Virus record (IMG/VR): IMGVR_UViG_3300043419_001551
Span: 1 to 52,358 of that record
From: a virus
Lineage: Duplodnaviria; Caudoviricetes
Length of the DNA stretch: 52,358 bases
Strand: one strand, 5' to 3'
Part shown: positions 37,124 to 46,703 of the stretch, in pieces
Layout of the letters: each line of letters opens with the position of its first letter
Position numbering within the stretch: the first letter of the stretch is position 1
Position numbers and translations under genes: made by a program
Notes under the pieces: model-generated
What the model saw: the letters and a program-made list of their open reading frames with translations, nothing else
What the model was told of the DNA's origin: nothing
Database searches by the model: none

Positions 37124-37438
37124 CTAGGCCGACACGGTGACATACAGGATGCTGTACTGAGTGCCGCTCATGGTGCTGACGTCCTTCTCGGGGGCGCTCA
37201 CGGAATACCCACTCGGGTGCGAACCACCGACCCAAGCCGCCGTTCCGATGGGGGTGGCAAGGTTCGATATCGAACCCGTGGTTCGTATGACTGCGTACTT
37301 GCCCGTGGTCGGGAACAGGGAAGGGTTCAACTGAAAGAACACAGACTGACCCCCGGCGTCGAACGACCCTTCCGTGATGAAGTAGTCGACAACTTGAATG
37401 CCATTCAGGGCGTACCGCTGAATCCGGAGCAGAGGCAT
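37124..37438 (-). CDS. Hypothetical structural protein
   Basis: AAGGAG RBS; beta-rich. Confidence 0.65.
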   Translation of the reverse strand: MPLLRIQRYALNGIQVVDYFITEGSFDAGGQSVFFQLNPSLFPTTGKYAVIRTTGSISNLATPIGTAAWVGGSHPSGYSVSAPEKDVSTMSGTQYSILYVTVSA

Positions 37439-37447
37439 CGTGTCTCC

Positions 37448-38860
37448 TTACGCGAGCGTCATGAAGAACGTCCAGAACGGCGTATCGATAGTAAGATCCG
37501 CTGGCGGGGTCTCGACCGACAGCACGTCACCGGCAGCGAACGTGCGATCCGTGAGCGTCGCCGTGATGTTGGTCGAGAAGCTCGACGTCCCGAAAGTGAT
37601 GGTTCCAAGCGTCGTCGCGTTCTTTCGCACCGTGCAGATGAAATTGCCGGTCGGGGCCGAAAGCTGCCCGCCCTGGTGACCCGTCGTAGCCAGAATGAAC
37701 GGACGCACAGCCTCGAAGTTCACGACCTTGGTGGACACAAAAGGCGTGCCTGGAATCTCGCACGGCAGGTCGTAGGGGGTGCCGCTCGACGCCGCGAGAG
37801 CCGCAGTCACAAAAGCCGTGGTCGCGAGAGCCGTCGAGCTATTGCCTGCGCTCTGCGTCACGCCCGTCGTTCCGGTGGGCAGCGATGGCGTACCCGAGAA
37901 CGTAGGCGAAGCGAGGGGCGCGTAGGTCGACGCTGCGGTGGCCGTCGTCAAGTAGCCGCCGATACTCGCACCTGCCGGAATCGTGACCGTGCCAGTGAAC
38001 GTCGGCGAGGCGAGCGGAGCGGCTCCCGTGACGTCAGCGACCGGAATCGCTGCCGACGCGGTGAAGGCCGACGTCCCGTTGCCCTTGACGTAGCCGGTCA
38101 GGCTCGTGGCACCCGTGCCGCCGTTCGCGACCGGAAGCGTTCCCGTAACCTCATTGCTATTAAGGTTTACTGGAACGACAATGGTCGTGTGAACGTGTGA
38201 GGGCTGCACACCGCCGAAGTAAAACGTCGCAGTGCGGTTGTTCGCCGAGGCGCGAGCGTCAATCTCGATGTAAAGTCGGTCGGTTGCGCTGATGGTGTTC
38301 GATCCGATAACGACGCTGACAGCGTACTGCGCGGCGACCGTAGGATCGTAGATGTAGACATCGTCAGAAGTAAAAAGAATCGTTGGAGCGTTCGTTCCGT
38401 CGTAGACGCCGACCTTGATGCGGAACTGAACCTGCGTCGCTCCCGCGCCCGTTGAAGCCTTCGCCCACAGATTGAAATCCCACAGACCTGCGGGGATGGA
38501 GGTCAAGCCTAGCGCATCGGTGCTCAGAAAGCCCTGCACGATGGCCCACGAGCCGTCGGAGGGAAGCTCACCTGTCGGGGGCGCAAGGCGCGTCTGCGCC
38601 GTCGCCGTGAAGGTCTTCGAGGTCTGCGCGGGGGCGAAGTAAGCCGTAGCGCCGCCCGCGCCGCCGGGGACGTTGCCCGTTGGAGATGCCGCCGACGTGG
38701 CGCTGTTCAAGTAGAAGATGGCGCCGCCGCCACCCGAGCCGCCGCTGGAGCCGGGGAACCATTCTCCCGCCTCGCTCCAAGTCAAAACCTGACCCGTAAC
38801 TGAACCGGCAAGCTCTGACGCCTTGCCATTACCACCGGAGAGAAGGACGGGCTTGGACAT
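37448..38860 (-). CDS. Tail fibre-like protein
   Basis: GQVLTW, LPVANGGTGATS, APLASPTFTG (twice), ALATTAFV fibre motifs. Confidence 0.75.
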   Translation of the reverse strand: MSKPVLLSGGNGKASELAGSVTGQVLTWSEAGEWFPGSSGGSGGGGAIFYLNSATSAASPTGNVPGGAGGATAYFAPAQTSKTFTATAQTRLAPPTGELPSDGSWAIVQGFLSTDALGLTSIPAGLWDFNLWAKASTGAGATQVQFRIKVGVYDGTNAPTILFTSDDVYIYDPTVAAQYAVSVVIGSNTISATDRLYIEIDARASANNRTATFYFGGVQPSHVHTTIVVPVNLNSNEVTGTLPVANGGTGATSLTGYVKGNGTSAFTASAAIPVADVTGAAPLASPTFTGTVTIPAGASIGGYLTTATAASTYAPLASPTFSGTPSLPTGTTGVTQSAGNSSTALATTAFVTAALAASSGTPYDLPCEIPGTPFVSTKVVNFEAVRPFILATTGHQGGQLSAPTGNFICTVRKNATTLGTITFGTSSFSTNITATLTDRTFAAGDVLSVETPPADLTIDTPFWTFFMTLA

Positions 38861-38945
38861 GGAAACTCCTCGACAGTCTTGTTTACGCGAACGCCCTCCG
38901 ACCGTAAGGCCGAAGGGCGTCGCTTTGGTTCACCAGCCGGTCGAA

Positions 38946-39617
38946 CTAGGCCAGCTCGCCGAAGGTCTTGAGGACGATGACAATCTTGTCAGCGGCCACG
39001 TCGGAAACGTACCCGACCTGCGTGGCGAAGTCGCCGCTCGACAGGCTGGAGTACGGAACCACCGCACCCAGCGCACCGACGAACATCGGGTCACCCACCG
39101 ACGAACCGGCGAGGTCGCTGACCGCGATCTCAGCGTCGAGCTGAACGGTGACGGCAAGACCGTCGATGCTCTTGATGACGCCGATGGCGTTCGAGGTGAG
39201 ATCCGCGTCCTTGTCGGCGCGAGCCAGCGGCGCGTTGGTCCCCGCGCCGAGGCACACGACCTGACCGGCCGCAAGGTTCGTCGTCGCCGCAACCGTGAAC
39301 GTCTGAAGCGAGACACCCGAGGCGATGACCGCGACCTGCGCGTCAACGTAGCCCGCCGTCGCGAGCGCCGTGTCGCCGCCGCCGGCCGGGGTGGCCGTAA
39401 CCGCGAACGAGGTCGCGGCCGAAGCGGCCGAACCGATGTTCAGCGACCCGCCGTCGATGAGGCCGACGCCCGCGCTCAGGGACGCGCCCGTGATGGCCGA
39501 GTCCGAGCTGATGGGCAGGGTGACGTCGAACTGCGTCCCGCCGTCGTTGAGCTGGAGGCCAGCAACTTCCTTGACCTTGCCCGAACCCGCGCTGAACACA
39601 CTCTTGATGCTAGCCAT
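38946..39617 (-). CDS. Putative virion structural/decoration protein
   Basis: GGAGG RBS; Ala/Gly/Val-rich beta pattern. Confidence 0.6.
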   Translation of the reverse strand: MASIKSVFSAGSGKVKEVAGLQLNDGGTQFDVTLPISSDSAITGASLSAGVGLIDGGSLNIGSAASAATSFAVTATPAGGGDTALATAGYVDAQVAVIASGVSLQTFTVAATTNLAAGQVVCLGAGTNAPLARADKDADLTSNAIGVIKSIDGLAVTVQLDAEIAVSDLAGSSVGDPMFVGALGAVVPYSSLSSGDFATQVGYVSDVAADKIVIVLKTFGELA

Positions 39618-39626
39618 TGCTGCCTC

Positions 39627-40016
39627 CTACTGCCCCGAGGAAATCTCGGTGGTAATGACTCCGGTCTCGGAGTCGAACGTGAATTCGGTCTGGATGCCCG
39701 TTCGCTCGCGCACACGGGACGTCCACTCGTTGTGTCTTGTTTCCGCCTTCGACAGCCGCTCCGCGCACTCAGCGACCGCTTTTTCGATGGCGAGAATCCG
39801 GTTCTCGGGGTCGATGCGTGCGAGCAGAACCAAACGCTCCAGACGCAAGCGAGCGGCCCTCTCGTTCGACGCCTCGCCCTCCAGTGCCGCCGACAATAGC
39901 TGCCGATGCTCGTCTTCGAGCAGCTTCACGACGGGCGGAGGCTGCGGCAGGTCCTCTTTCGACACCTTCGGCTTCAAGGCATCCTTAGCAATCTTCGGTT
40001 TGTAGCTACGCGCCAT
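39627..40016 (-). CDS. Hypothetical coiled-coil protein
   Basis: Overlap-coupled ORF in the late operon. Confidence 0.6.
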   Translation of the reverse strand: MARSYKPKIAKDALKPKVSKEDLPQPPPVVKLLEDEHRQLLSAALEGEASNERAARLRLERLVLLARIDPENRILAIEKAVAECAERLSKAETRHNEWTSRVRERTGIQTEFTFDSETGVITTEISSGQ

Positions 40017-40497
40017 CGGTAATCACGATGAGACCCGGCTGAAGGAACAGCTTGGTCGTGGAGAAGGCCGCTCCGATGCGCTGAACCGCGTACCCCGAGG
40101 TCGTCGGAGGCGCGGTCGTGATGCCTCCCGCGTTGCCAACGAAGTACGAGGCACCCGCCGTCAGCCCGGTGGTCGTGAACAGGGTCTCGGTCTGCACTTT
40201 GTTTGTGGCCGGATCGAGAAGAAAACCGACGAACGATGGCATGCTCATGCCGTCCGAGGCTCTGCACGCGACGAGACCACCGCTCGCGCCGATGCCCACG
40301 GGCGTACCCACCGCGAGCGTCGAGGGTGTTCCGCCGAAGGTTGTCGTTCCGTCGCCACCGCCGCCGCCCGTACCGACAAACGTCTTGATCTGGTCCGTCG
40401 AGGCTTTGCGAAGAACGCCACCCTGCGAGACGACCACATCCTCGTCACCGGTCAGCGGACGTGCGCGGGGATAGATTTCGATGCGCGGAAAAGCCAT
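40006..40497 (-). CDS. Putative virion structural protein
   Basis: GLTAGASYFVGNAGGITTAPP...QRIGAA pattern seen in phage decoration/fibre proteins. Confidence 0.6.
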   Translation of the reverse strand: MAFPRIEIYPRARPLTGDEDVVVSQGGVLRKASTDQIKTFVGTGGGGGDGTTTFGGTPSTLAVGTPVGIGASGGLVACRASDGMSMPSFVGFLLDPATNKVQTETLFTTTGLTAGASYFVGNAGGITTAPPTTSGYAVQRIGAAFSTTKLFLQPGLIVITDGA

Positions 40498-40506
40498 GAA
40501 GAACCT

Positions 40507-41598
40507 CTAGACGATGGTCATGCCCACACGAGTTACGGTGTTGATGGTGCTGTTGACCGGGAACGCAAGGTTGCCGGACAGCAGCGTCAAGGTGCTGCCA
40601 TTCGACAGCCCCGTGATGGCGTACTCTCCCGCTCCGGACAGCGGCTTCGTGAGAATCGTCTGCCAGATAAGGGCCGCGGGGCCGAGGGTGTTGGCCAAGT
40701 ACGCGCACGCGGACGAGGAAGCGTTGGCCGTCAGAGCGCTGTTCGACACGCTCACTGGAAGTGCGGCCGTCGACAGAGCGAGATTGACGCGCAGTGCCGC
40801 GCCGGTCGTCGAAATGTCGACCAGCACTCGGTCGAGAAGACCGACCGCGTTGTTCTCAAACGACACACCGTTGCCCGTGCCGGAAACAGAAGCAAATACC
40901 CGCGTTGAGTCGAGCCGTGCGTCGCCTCGCGCAAAGCGAACGACGTCGGCGGAAGCCAAGATTTGCTTCGTGACGACGCAGTTCCTCAAGTACACCGCGG
41001 GCTTGCCTGTGTTCGAGGCGTCGCACAGAACCGCGTTCTGGCCGGCAACGGTCGTCGTGATGTAGGCGTTGACCACGTCCACGCTGAACAGACCCGTACC
41101 CGTGATCTTGAGCGCGGGCTGCGCGATGGTGCTCTGGATGAACACGCCGGACAGCGCCACGGTGTCCTGGTACTTCTGCGTAGCCGAGGCACAGTCCACG
41201 GTCACAGGACCGAGGCGCGTCATGCGGTCATCGGCCGACACGTTCGCGCCCACGATGGTCGTGCGGGCGCGGGTGATGGACAGCGGCGTAGAGTACTCGC
41301 CCGGGGCTACGTTGATGCGAACGTAGCTCGTCGTCGGGTACTCGGCCGAGGCTGCCGCAAGAGCGGCAGAGATTGAGGCCAGCGGTGCCGAAAGAGACCC
41401 GGTTCCCGTGGCGTCAGACCCGTTGGTTGAAACGAACAGCTCGCCCGCAATCTCGACCGGCGTATCGACCGCAAGGTCGGCGATGCTCTGGACCGACGTC
41501 TTGTGGAGAATGCCGTCCTGCGCCACAAGCACGTTCTCGCTCCCGCTCAACGGAAGCGCAGCGTCAGACGGGATGTTGATGTACGGGAAAGCGGCCAC
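40507..41598 (-). CDS. Putative beta-helix spike/fibre protein
   Basis: LFVSTNGSDATGTGSLSAPLASI...INVAPGEY, a pectin-lyase-like N-terminal motif. Confidence 0.65.
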   Translation of the reverse strand: MAAFPYINIPSDAALPLSGSENVLVAQDGILHKTSVQSIADLAVDTPVEIAGELFVSTNGSDATGTGSLSAPLASISAALAAASAEYPTTSYVRINVAPGEYSTPLSITRARTTIVGANVSADDRMTRLGPVTVDCASATQKYQDTVALSGVFIQSTIAQPALKITGTGLFSVDVVNAYITTTVAGQNAVLCDASNTGKPAVYLRNCVVTKQILASADVVRFARGDARLDSTRVFASVSGTGNGVSFENNAVGLLDRVLVDISTTGAALRVNLALSTAALPVSVSNSALTANASSSACAYLANTLGPAALIWQTILTKPLSGAGEYAITGLSNGSTLTLLSGNLAFPVNSTINTVTRVGMTIV

Positions 41599-41606
41599 GG
41601 TGCCTC

Positions 41607-41861
41607 CTACCAGAGCGCCAAAACGTCAGTGGCCGTCGTACCCGCCGCCCAGACCTTGCGGGCCTGCACCATGAGAATGCCGGTCGGGATGTTCTTGAAC
41701 GTCACGCGGTCGCCGTTCAGCGTCGTGACTTCGACGTGCTTTCCCGAGCCGCCGACGCCGACGTACAGCATACGCGAGAAGTTCGGCAGGTCGGCGGCGT
41801 CGTTCGGGACCACCGCAGCGGCGGACAGAGCCGGATCGTTCGGAAGGACGTAACGAGCCAT
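41607..41861 (-). CDS. Head spike base protein (RcGTA Rcc01079-like)
   Basis: AVVPND...RMLYVGVGG...VTFKNIPTG...KVWAAGTTATDVLALW pattern; just after the capsid gene. Confidence 0.65.
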   Translation of the reverse strand: MARYVLPNDPALSAAAVVPNDAADLPNFSRMLYVGVGGSGKHVEVTTLNGDRVTFKNIPTGILMVQARKVWAAGTTATDVLALW

Positions 41862-41898
41862 GAGGCACCTCTCGTCTATCTTGTTTATGGTCATCGTC

Positions 41899-41935
41899 AA
41901 ACGAAACGACCCACCTCCCTTGCGGAAGGTGGGCC
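41899..41935 (-). terminator. Rho-independent terminator after the major capsid gene
   Basis: Minus strand GGCCCACCTTCC-GCAA-GGGAGGTGGGTC followed by GTTTCGTTT. Confidence 0.65.
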
Positions 41936-41956
41936 GAGTCGCTGACCTTGGTCGGA

Positions 41957-43210
41957 CTAGTGCGTGATGCCCGTCAGGACGACGCCCTGGCCGGGCTTGT
42001 GGACGAACACCGCGAGGTCGCAGTAGTTCTGAAGCTCGACCGCGTTCTTGCCCTCGACGAGGCGGAAGAACTTGTCCTGCATCCCCGGAATCTCGAACGT
42101 GGGCTTGCTGGAACCGACGAACAGTGCGTCCTTCGGGTCCATGATGAGAGCCTGACCGCCCTTGATGAACGGGTGGCAGACCACGCTCAGCTTGCCGTTG
42201 ATGTGGTCGTAGCTCAGCTCCTTCGAGCCGTTCTCGGCCTTCGCACCCGAGTACGAGGAGTCGAACATACGCAGGCCCATGTTCTCCGCGTTCAGGTCCG
42301 CAAAAGTCTTGGTACCGACGAGGACGATGGCGTCCGTCATCAGACCCTTGTCGACGGCGAGCGAAGCGGCCTCGACGACCTTGGCCGAGCTAATCTCGCC
42401 GATGTTCTGAGCCACGTTACCCTGAAGCAGAGAATAGAGCTGACGGTCGTCGATGTTGAACAGCGACCCCGAGGTGGTCGAGTACTGCTTGAAGAGGCCG
42501 GCCATCTCGTTGTACGAGCTCACGCCCGTGCGCGCGCCCTTCGGGAAAATGTCGCAGCCGTCGATGATGTCGCTCGCCGAACCGGCAATGACCGTGAACT
42601 TCAGCTTCCGCTCGGACGAAGTGACCTCGACCAGCTTGGCCGTGACGTCCTGATCCGTGTTGCCGTCCCAGAAGTTGAACAGCGCGCCTTCAAGAACGAC
42701 CCAGATGCCGGTCGCCCACGACGCCTCGCTCAGCACAACGGTCACGTTGCTGCCCGAGACCGCCGGCGTGCCGTCGATCTGGCCGAGACCGACCTGTCCG
42801 TGCAGGGTCGACAGCTCAAGGCGCGTGAACATGCTGTTCGCCATGTCCTCGACGAGCCAGCTCGACGCCTTCTTGAACGCGCGAGCGCCGGCCGTGGACG
42901 CCTGCGAGAGCGCCTTGTAGGAGAGCTGACCACGAAGGTTCAGCTCGCTACCCTTGACCTGCGCCTCGCGCATCAGCGCGTTGATGGCGTCGTTGAGGTT
43001 GTTCACGTCGCCGGAAGAACCCAGGTAGGTGACCCCTTGCGACTGGAGAAGCACCGTAGGCACAGCGTAGAACGCACCGTTCTGCTTGTCGGCCGGAACG
43101 TACTGAATCTTTTGCTGGAGAATGGCGTTCTGCGGGATCAAGTCGTTCAGATCGGGAGCGTACTGGGTCTTGAAAAGGCCGTTCAGGGTATCGACGGTGT
43201 TGGCGGACAT
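41957..43210 (-). CDS. Major capsid protein
   Basis: 417 aa, strongest codon bias, follows portal and scaffold, own leader and terminator. Confidence 0.75.
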   Translation of the reverse strand: MSANTVDTLNGLFKTQYAPDLNDLIPQNAILQQKIQYVPADKQNGAFYAVPTVLLQSQGVTYLGSSGDVNNLNDAINALMREAQVKGSELNLRGQLSYKALSQASTAGARAFKKASSWLVEDMANSMFTRLELSTLHGQVGLGQIDGTPAVSGSNVTVVLSEASWATGIWVVLEGALFNFWDGNTDQDVTAKLVEVTSSERKLKFTVIAGSASDIIDGCDIFPKGARTGVSSYNEMAGLFKQYSTTSGSLFNIDDRQLYSLLQGNVAQNIGEISSAKVVEAASLAVDKGLMTDAIVLVGTKTFADLNAENMGLRMFDSSYSGAKAENGSKELSYDHINGKLSVVCHPFIKGGQALIMDPKDALFVGSSKPTFEIPGMQDKFFRLVEGKNAVELQNYCDLAVFVHKPGQGVVLTGITH

Positions 43211-43410
43211 GGTGTTCCTTGCCTTTCAGGGCCTCGCTCTGCGAGGCGGAGGGGGTTGTCAGACGTTGAACTTGCAGTCTTGCGTTCAGTCCCTCGTCGC
43301 CCCCCGCGGATGGCTTGCGCGTCCGTATGCGGTCGACACCGAGAACCTATGGAAAGACGGTTGGATGGCGTGAGCGTCCTTGGCCTTTCATCCTTTCTTG
43401 TTTCCGCGCC

Positions 43411-43454
43411 AAAAAGAAATAGGGGTCGATACGGACTGTCCGTATCGGCCCCTA
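43411..43454 (-). terminator. Rho-independent terminator between scaffold/tRNA-like element and capsid leader
   Basis: Roughly 16-bp stem TAGGGGCCGATACGGA/TCCGTATCGACCCCTA followed by TTTCTTTTT on the minus strand. Confidence 0.75.
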
Positions 43455-43458
43455 AATT

Positions 43459-43518
43459 TGGCTTTCGAGGCGGGACTCGAACCCGCGACCCAAGGCTCTC
43501 CCGCTGAGCTACCCGACT
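43459..43518 (-). ncRNA. tRNA-like element lacking the anticodon arm
   Basis: AGTCGGG TA GCTC AGCGGGA GAGC CTTGGGTC GCGGG TTCGAGT CCCGC CTCGAAA G CCA. Confidence 0.7.
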
Positions 43519-43528
43519 GCCAACCTTG

Positions 43529-44536
43529 CTATTCCATGCCGTACAGGTGCTTCATCCGCCACTCGGCCGGTGTCATCGGCTTGCGAGGAGCCTCGGTCGT
43601 GGGCTTGCGAGCGGGAGGCGGAGGCGTCGAGGGCGCAGCCGAAGGTCCACGAGTCGCTGCCAGCTTGGCCCGAATGGCTTCGGTCACGACATCGTCGCCC
43701 AAGTACCGGAGAAGCTGTTCGCCCTTGAGGCCCTGCACCTGACGACGGTGAATGGTCTCCAGCCGCTTGTTCGCCTCGCTCGCCATCTGCGAAGGCGTCA
43801 ACTCGACACCGTAATCGAGCGCAGACTCAGCAATCTCGGCCATCATCGGCACGAGCACCGTGCGCGAAAAGCCCTTGTCGTACCCGAGCGTTTCGACCGC
43901 TTGGATGAACTCCTGTTCGGTCTTCTCGAACACCTGCTGCTCGTAAGCCTGCTGCTTGGCGCTCTCGGCAGCGGTCTTCTGCTCCTCGAACTGACGCTCG
44001 TAGTCGGCCAGTTTCTTCTGCATCTCGGCCTTCTCGCGCTCGGCCTCGGGAAGCATGGCCTCCTGGTATCGCTCCAAGATACGCTTCTCGGCCCACTCGT
44101 CGAGGTCAAGGCCCGCGATCTCTTTCAACGCCTTGGCCGGATCGTTCTTGAGCTGGCTCAGCGCCGCCTCGATCTGCTTGCGCTGGTTCGCCACCTCGGC
44201 GAACCGCTTGTCGACTGCGTGGGACTTTTGGAGGCGTACGCGAATGTCGTCGTCGCTCAGCTCCTCCTCGATGTCCTGCCCATCGACCTTCAGCGCGTAC
44301 CGCCGCTTCTCGGCAGCGGTCGGAGCAGCGGGAGCCTTCGGCGCGGGAGCCTTCTGTTCGCCGCTCTTGCTGCCGAGCGTGGGCTTCATCGCGGCCTCTG
44401 AAGCCGCCGAGTCGTAGCCCGAGGACCTTCCTCCGGTCGACGAAGCGCCCGAGGTTTCGAGGGCTTGACCCTCGCCGCCTTCGGTCGCCGCATCGCCCGT
44501 GGGGGTGGATTCGGTCGTTCCGGTCTGGTTTTCCAT
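43529..44536 (-). CDS. Capsid scaffolding protein
   Basis: Acidic/disordered N-terminus, LKVDGQDIEE motif, coiled coil; between portal and capsid genes. Confidence 0.75.
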   Translation of the reverse strand: MENQTGTTESTPTGDAATEGGEGQALETSGASSTGGRSSGYDSAASEAAMKPTLGSKSGEQKAPAPKAPAAPTAAEKRRYALKVDGQDIEEELSDDDIRVRLQKSHAVDKRFAEVANQRKQIEAALSQLKNDPAKALKEIAGLDLDEWAEKRILERYQEAMLPEAEREKAEMQKKLADYERQFEEQKTAAESAKQQAYEQQVFEKTEQEFIQAVETLGYDKGFSRTVLVPMMAEIAESALDYGVELTPSQMASEANKRLETIHRRQVQGLKGEQLLRYLGDDVVTEAIRAKLAATRGPSAAPSTPPPPARKPTTEAPRKPMTPAEWRMKHLYGME

Positions 44537-44569
44537 GCGCCTTGCCTTTCGGTCACCTCTCGGGTGACG

Positions 44570-46657
44570 TTATCGCGGCGGAACTACCCCGCCGCCCGTA
44601 TTCGGATTCCATTCCTGTCCCGTGGCCGGATTGGTCGGCATCGAAGGAAGTCCAGCCTCGGCCGCGCCCATCGGTCCTGTAGCGGCCATCGTAGGCGTGG
44701 GCGGGGGACCTGCTTCAGGACCACCCGGCATTGGAGCACCCTCCGGTCCCATCGGTCCGGGCGGTGGACCCATCGGCTCGGGAGGCACCGGACGACCGCA
44801 CAGCATCAGGAACCGCTGTCGGTACATCGGGTCCATCTCGACCATCTCCAGAGGAACCCCGTAGAACTGGCTGTAATGCTCGTGCATGTGCTCGCGGTAG
44901 GCACGCAGGACGTTCGGGTCACGACGCGCTGCCGGCGAGGCCACCGCCGCCGTGTGTTCCTTGCCGTGGAGCGGGTGGTCGTCGGACAGGAGCACGACAG
45001 GCGTTTCGCCCCGCACCATGTCCTGATTTTCCTTAAGGATGTTGACCAGTTCCTCCTGTGTCCCCTTGACGATGGGTTCGAGGCGTCCGGTCTCCAGTAC
45101 TTCCAGCACTTCCTGCGGCGTCTTGATGACCGACATCTGCACGAGCTGCATGGCAAGCTCGAACCGACCCGCTGCCGTCTGGCTGACGGGATTGCCGAGT
45201 TCGACGACCACCTGGTCGACGCTCTGAATCGAGTCCTTCGTCACCTCGGTCTCGCGGATGAGGTCCATGCGCGACTTGCCGACGAGGCCGATCTTGAGCG
45301 GCAGTGCCGCTCGTGACCGAATGATGCGGAGGATGGACGTTCCGGCGTTCACGAGCGCGTTGAGATAGTTGCGCTGGAGAACTGACGCCTGCTGAATGGC
45401 TTGGGACTGAAGAAGAGCCAGTGCCGCGCCGGACTCCTTACCCGTCTGCATCTGTCCACGAACCACGTTGTTGAGGCCCATGAGCAGCTCCTCGTGGACC
45501 TTGAGGTCTTCGAGGTACTTGAAGGCTTCCGGCGGACTCTTGGTCAACTGAAGCGGCTGCGGAGGCTGGCTACCGGGGCGGTAGTAGATGATTCGCATCC
45601 CGCCACCCAAATCATCCGGCTGAACGGGCGAACCCTCCTCGACTGCGAGGCTTTGGGTGCCGAAGGTCGTGATGTTCGTCGTGATGGACGAGTTGATGCT
45701 GTCCATGACCTCCTGAATGCCGAGAATCTCGAAGTACGGCGTGTATCCGTAGGGCGTTCCCTGAAGTTCGGCGCAAGTAATGCGCTGAAGCGGAATCGCG
45801 CCGTAGGGAAGGATGGTGTCTTCGAGCACGTCGCCGCTCGACACGAACTTGACCATCCGACCCATCGGCAAGGACGCCGAGGGCTTGTGGTAGAAGTAGT
45901 ACAGCGGCACATCGTCGGTCGCGACCTTCAGAGCGTAGCCGGCGTCACCACGAACCGGCAATTCCGGCGGAACGTCGTGAATTTCCTTGGCCTTGGCCGG
46001 ATATTGCGCCGAAAGGTCCCACTTGTTCTTGAACAGACGGACGATGACCCACTGGCACTCGCTGAAATCGTTCTTGTACGGGTCGCGAATGACGTCCCAC
46101 GGAGCCGGATTCGTGAACTGGATGTCGCCGGTCTTGATGACGTTGCCGGGGTTCTCGGGATCGACCGAGTACTCCTCACCCATCGCCGTGTCCCACTCCT
46201 CGTGGATGAATCCCTCCGAAAGAGCGATGGCGGACTCGACGGCCTTGGTGGCGTAGCTTGAAAACTGCCGGTTGTGCCAGTAGTGCTCCAGAATCGCCCT
46301 CGCAGCCTCGACCTGACGCACGGCGTCGTAGTCCATGGTCGAGGCCCGAGGGTTCCACACGAACTGCGGGGCCACGATGAGGTTGAGTAGGGTCTGAACG
46401 AGGGACCGGGAGTGGTTGATGCGGATTTCCGCCAACTCTCCCTGAATGCCACCGCGAGCAACGTGGCCGGTGGCGTGAAAGCCCATCGGATCGTAGCCGT
46501 AGTAGTAGCGCCAAGCGTGCGCCATGCGACCGTCGACCGCCTGCACGCCGGTATCGTACCGATACTGCTGCACCTTCTCGACGAGCTTCGGTCCCAACTC
46601 CTCGGGGGGCTCGGTCGCGAAGTACTTGGTGTCGTTGTCCCAAAGATTCTGCGGCAT
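44570..46657 (-). CDS. Portal protein (P22/podovirus-like)
   Basis: 695 aa after TerL; INH, PWDVIRDP, ESGAALAL motifs; Pro/Gly-rich C-terminal tail. Confidence 0.8.
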   Translation of the reverse strand: MPQNLWDNDTKYFATEPPEELGPKLVEKVQQYRYDTGVQAVDGRMAHAWRYYYGYDPMGFHATGHVARGGIQGELAEIRINHSRSLVQTLLNLIVAPQFVWNPRASTMDYDAVRQVEAARAILEHYWHNRQFSSYATKAVESAIALSEGFIHEEWDTAMGEEYSVDPENPGNVIKTGDIQFTNPAPWDVIRDPYKNDFSECQWVIVRLFKNKWDLSAQYPAKAKEIHDVPPELPVRGDAGYALKVATDDVPLYYFYHKPSASLPMGRMVKFVSSGDVLEDTILPYGAIPLQRITCAELQGTPYGYTPYFEILGIQEVMDSINSSITTNITTFGTQSLAVEEGSPVQPDDLGGGMRIIYYRPGSQPPQPLQLTKSPPEAFKYLEDLKVHEELLMGLNNVVRGQMQTGKESGAALALLQSQAIQQASVLQRNYLNALVNAGTSILRIIRSRAALPLKIGLVGKSRMDLIRETEVTKDSIQSVDQVVVELGNPVSQTAAGRFELAMQLVQMSVIKTPQEVLEVLETGRLEPIVKGTQEELVNILKENQDMVRGETPVVLLSDDHPLHGKEHTAAVASPAARRDPNVLRAYREHMHEHYSQFYGVPLEMVEMDPMYRQRFLMLCGRPVPPEPMGPPPGPMGPEGAPMPGGPEAGPPPTPTMAATGPMGAAEAGLPSMPTNPATGQEWNPNTGGGVVPPR

Positions 46658-46703
46658 GTTCGCCCCGTATCACGGTTAAAGCGTTCGAGGTACTGGTTTT
46701 TGG

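Noticed and set aside
43459-43490. attP core (tRNA 3' half) or a functional tRNA
   Set aside because: The 5' acceptor strand and D arm are also present, no tyrosine integrase is encoded, and with no anticodon arm it cannot decode
31401-43507. Long + strand ORFs opposite the structural genes (e.g. 31401-32735, 38823-39899, 41948-43507)
   Set aside because: These are antisense shadows expected from high GC3 codon bias, with no motifs or RBS
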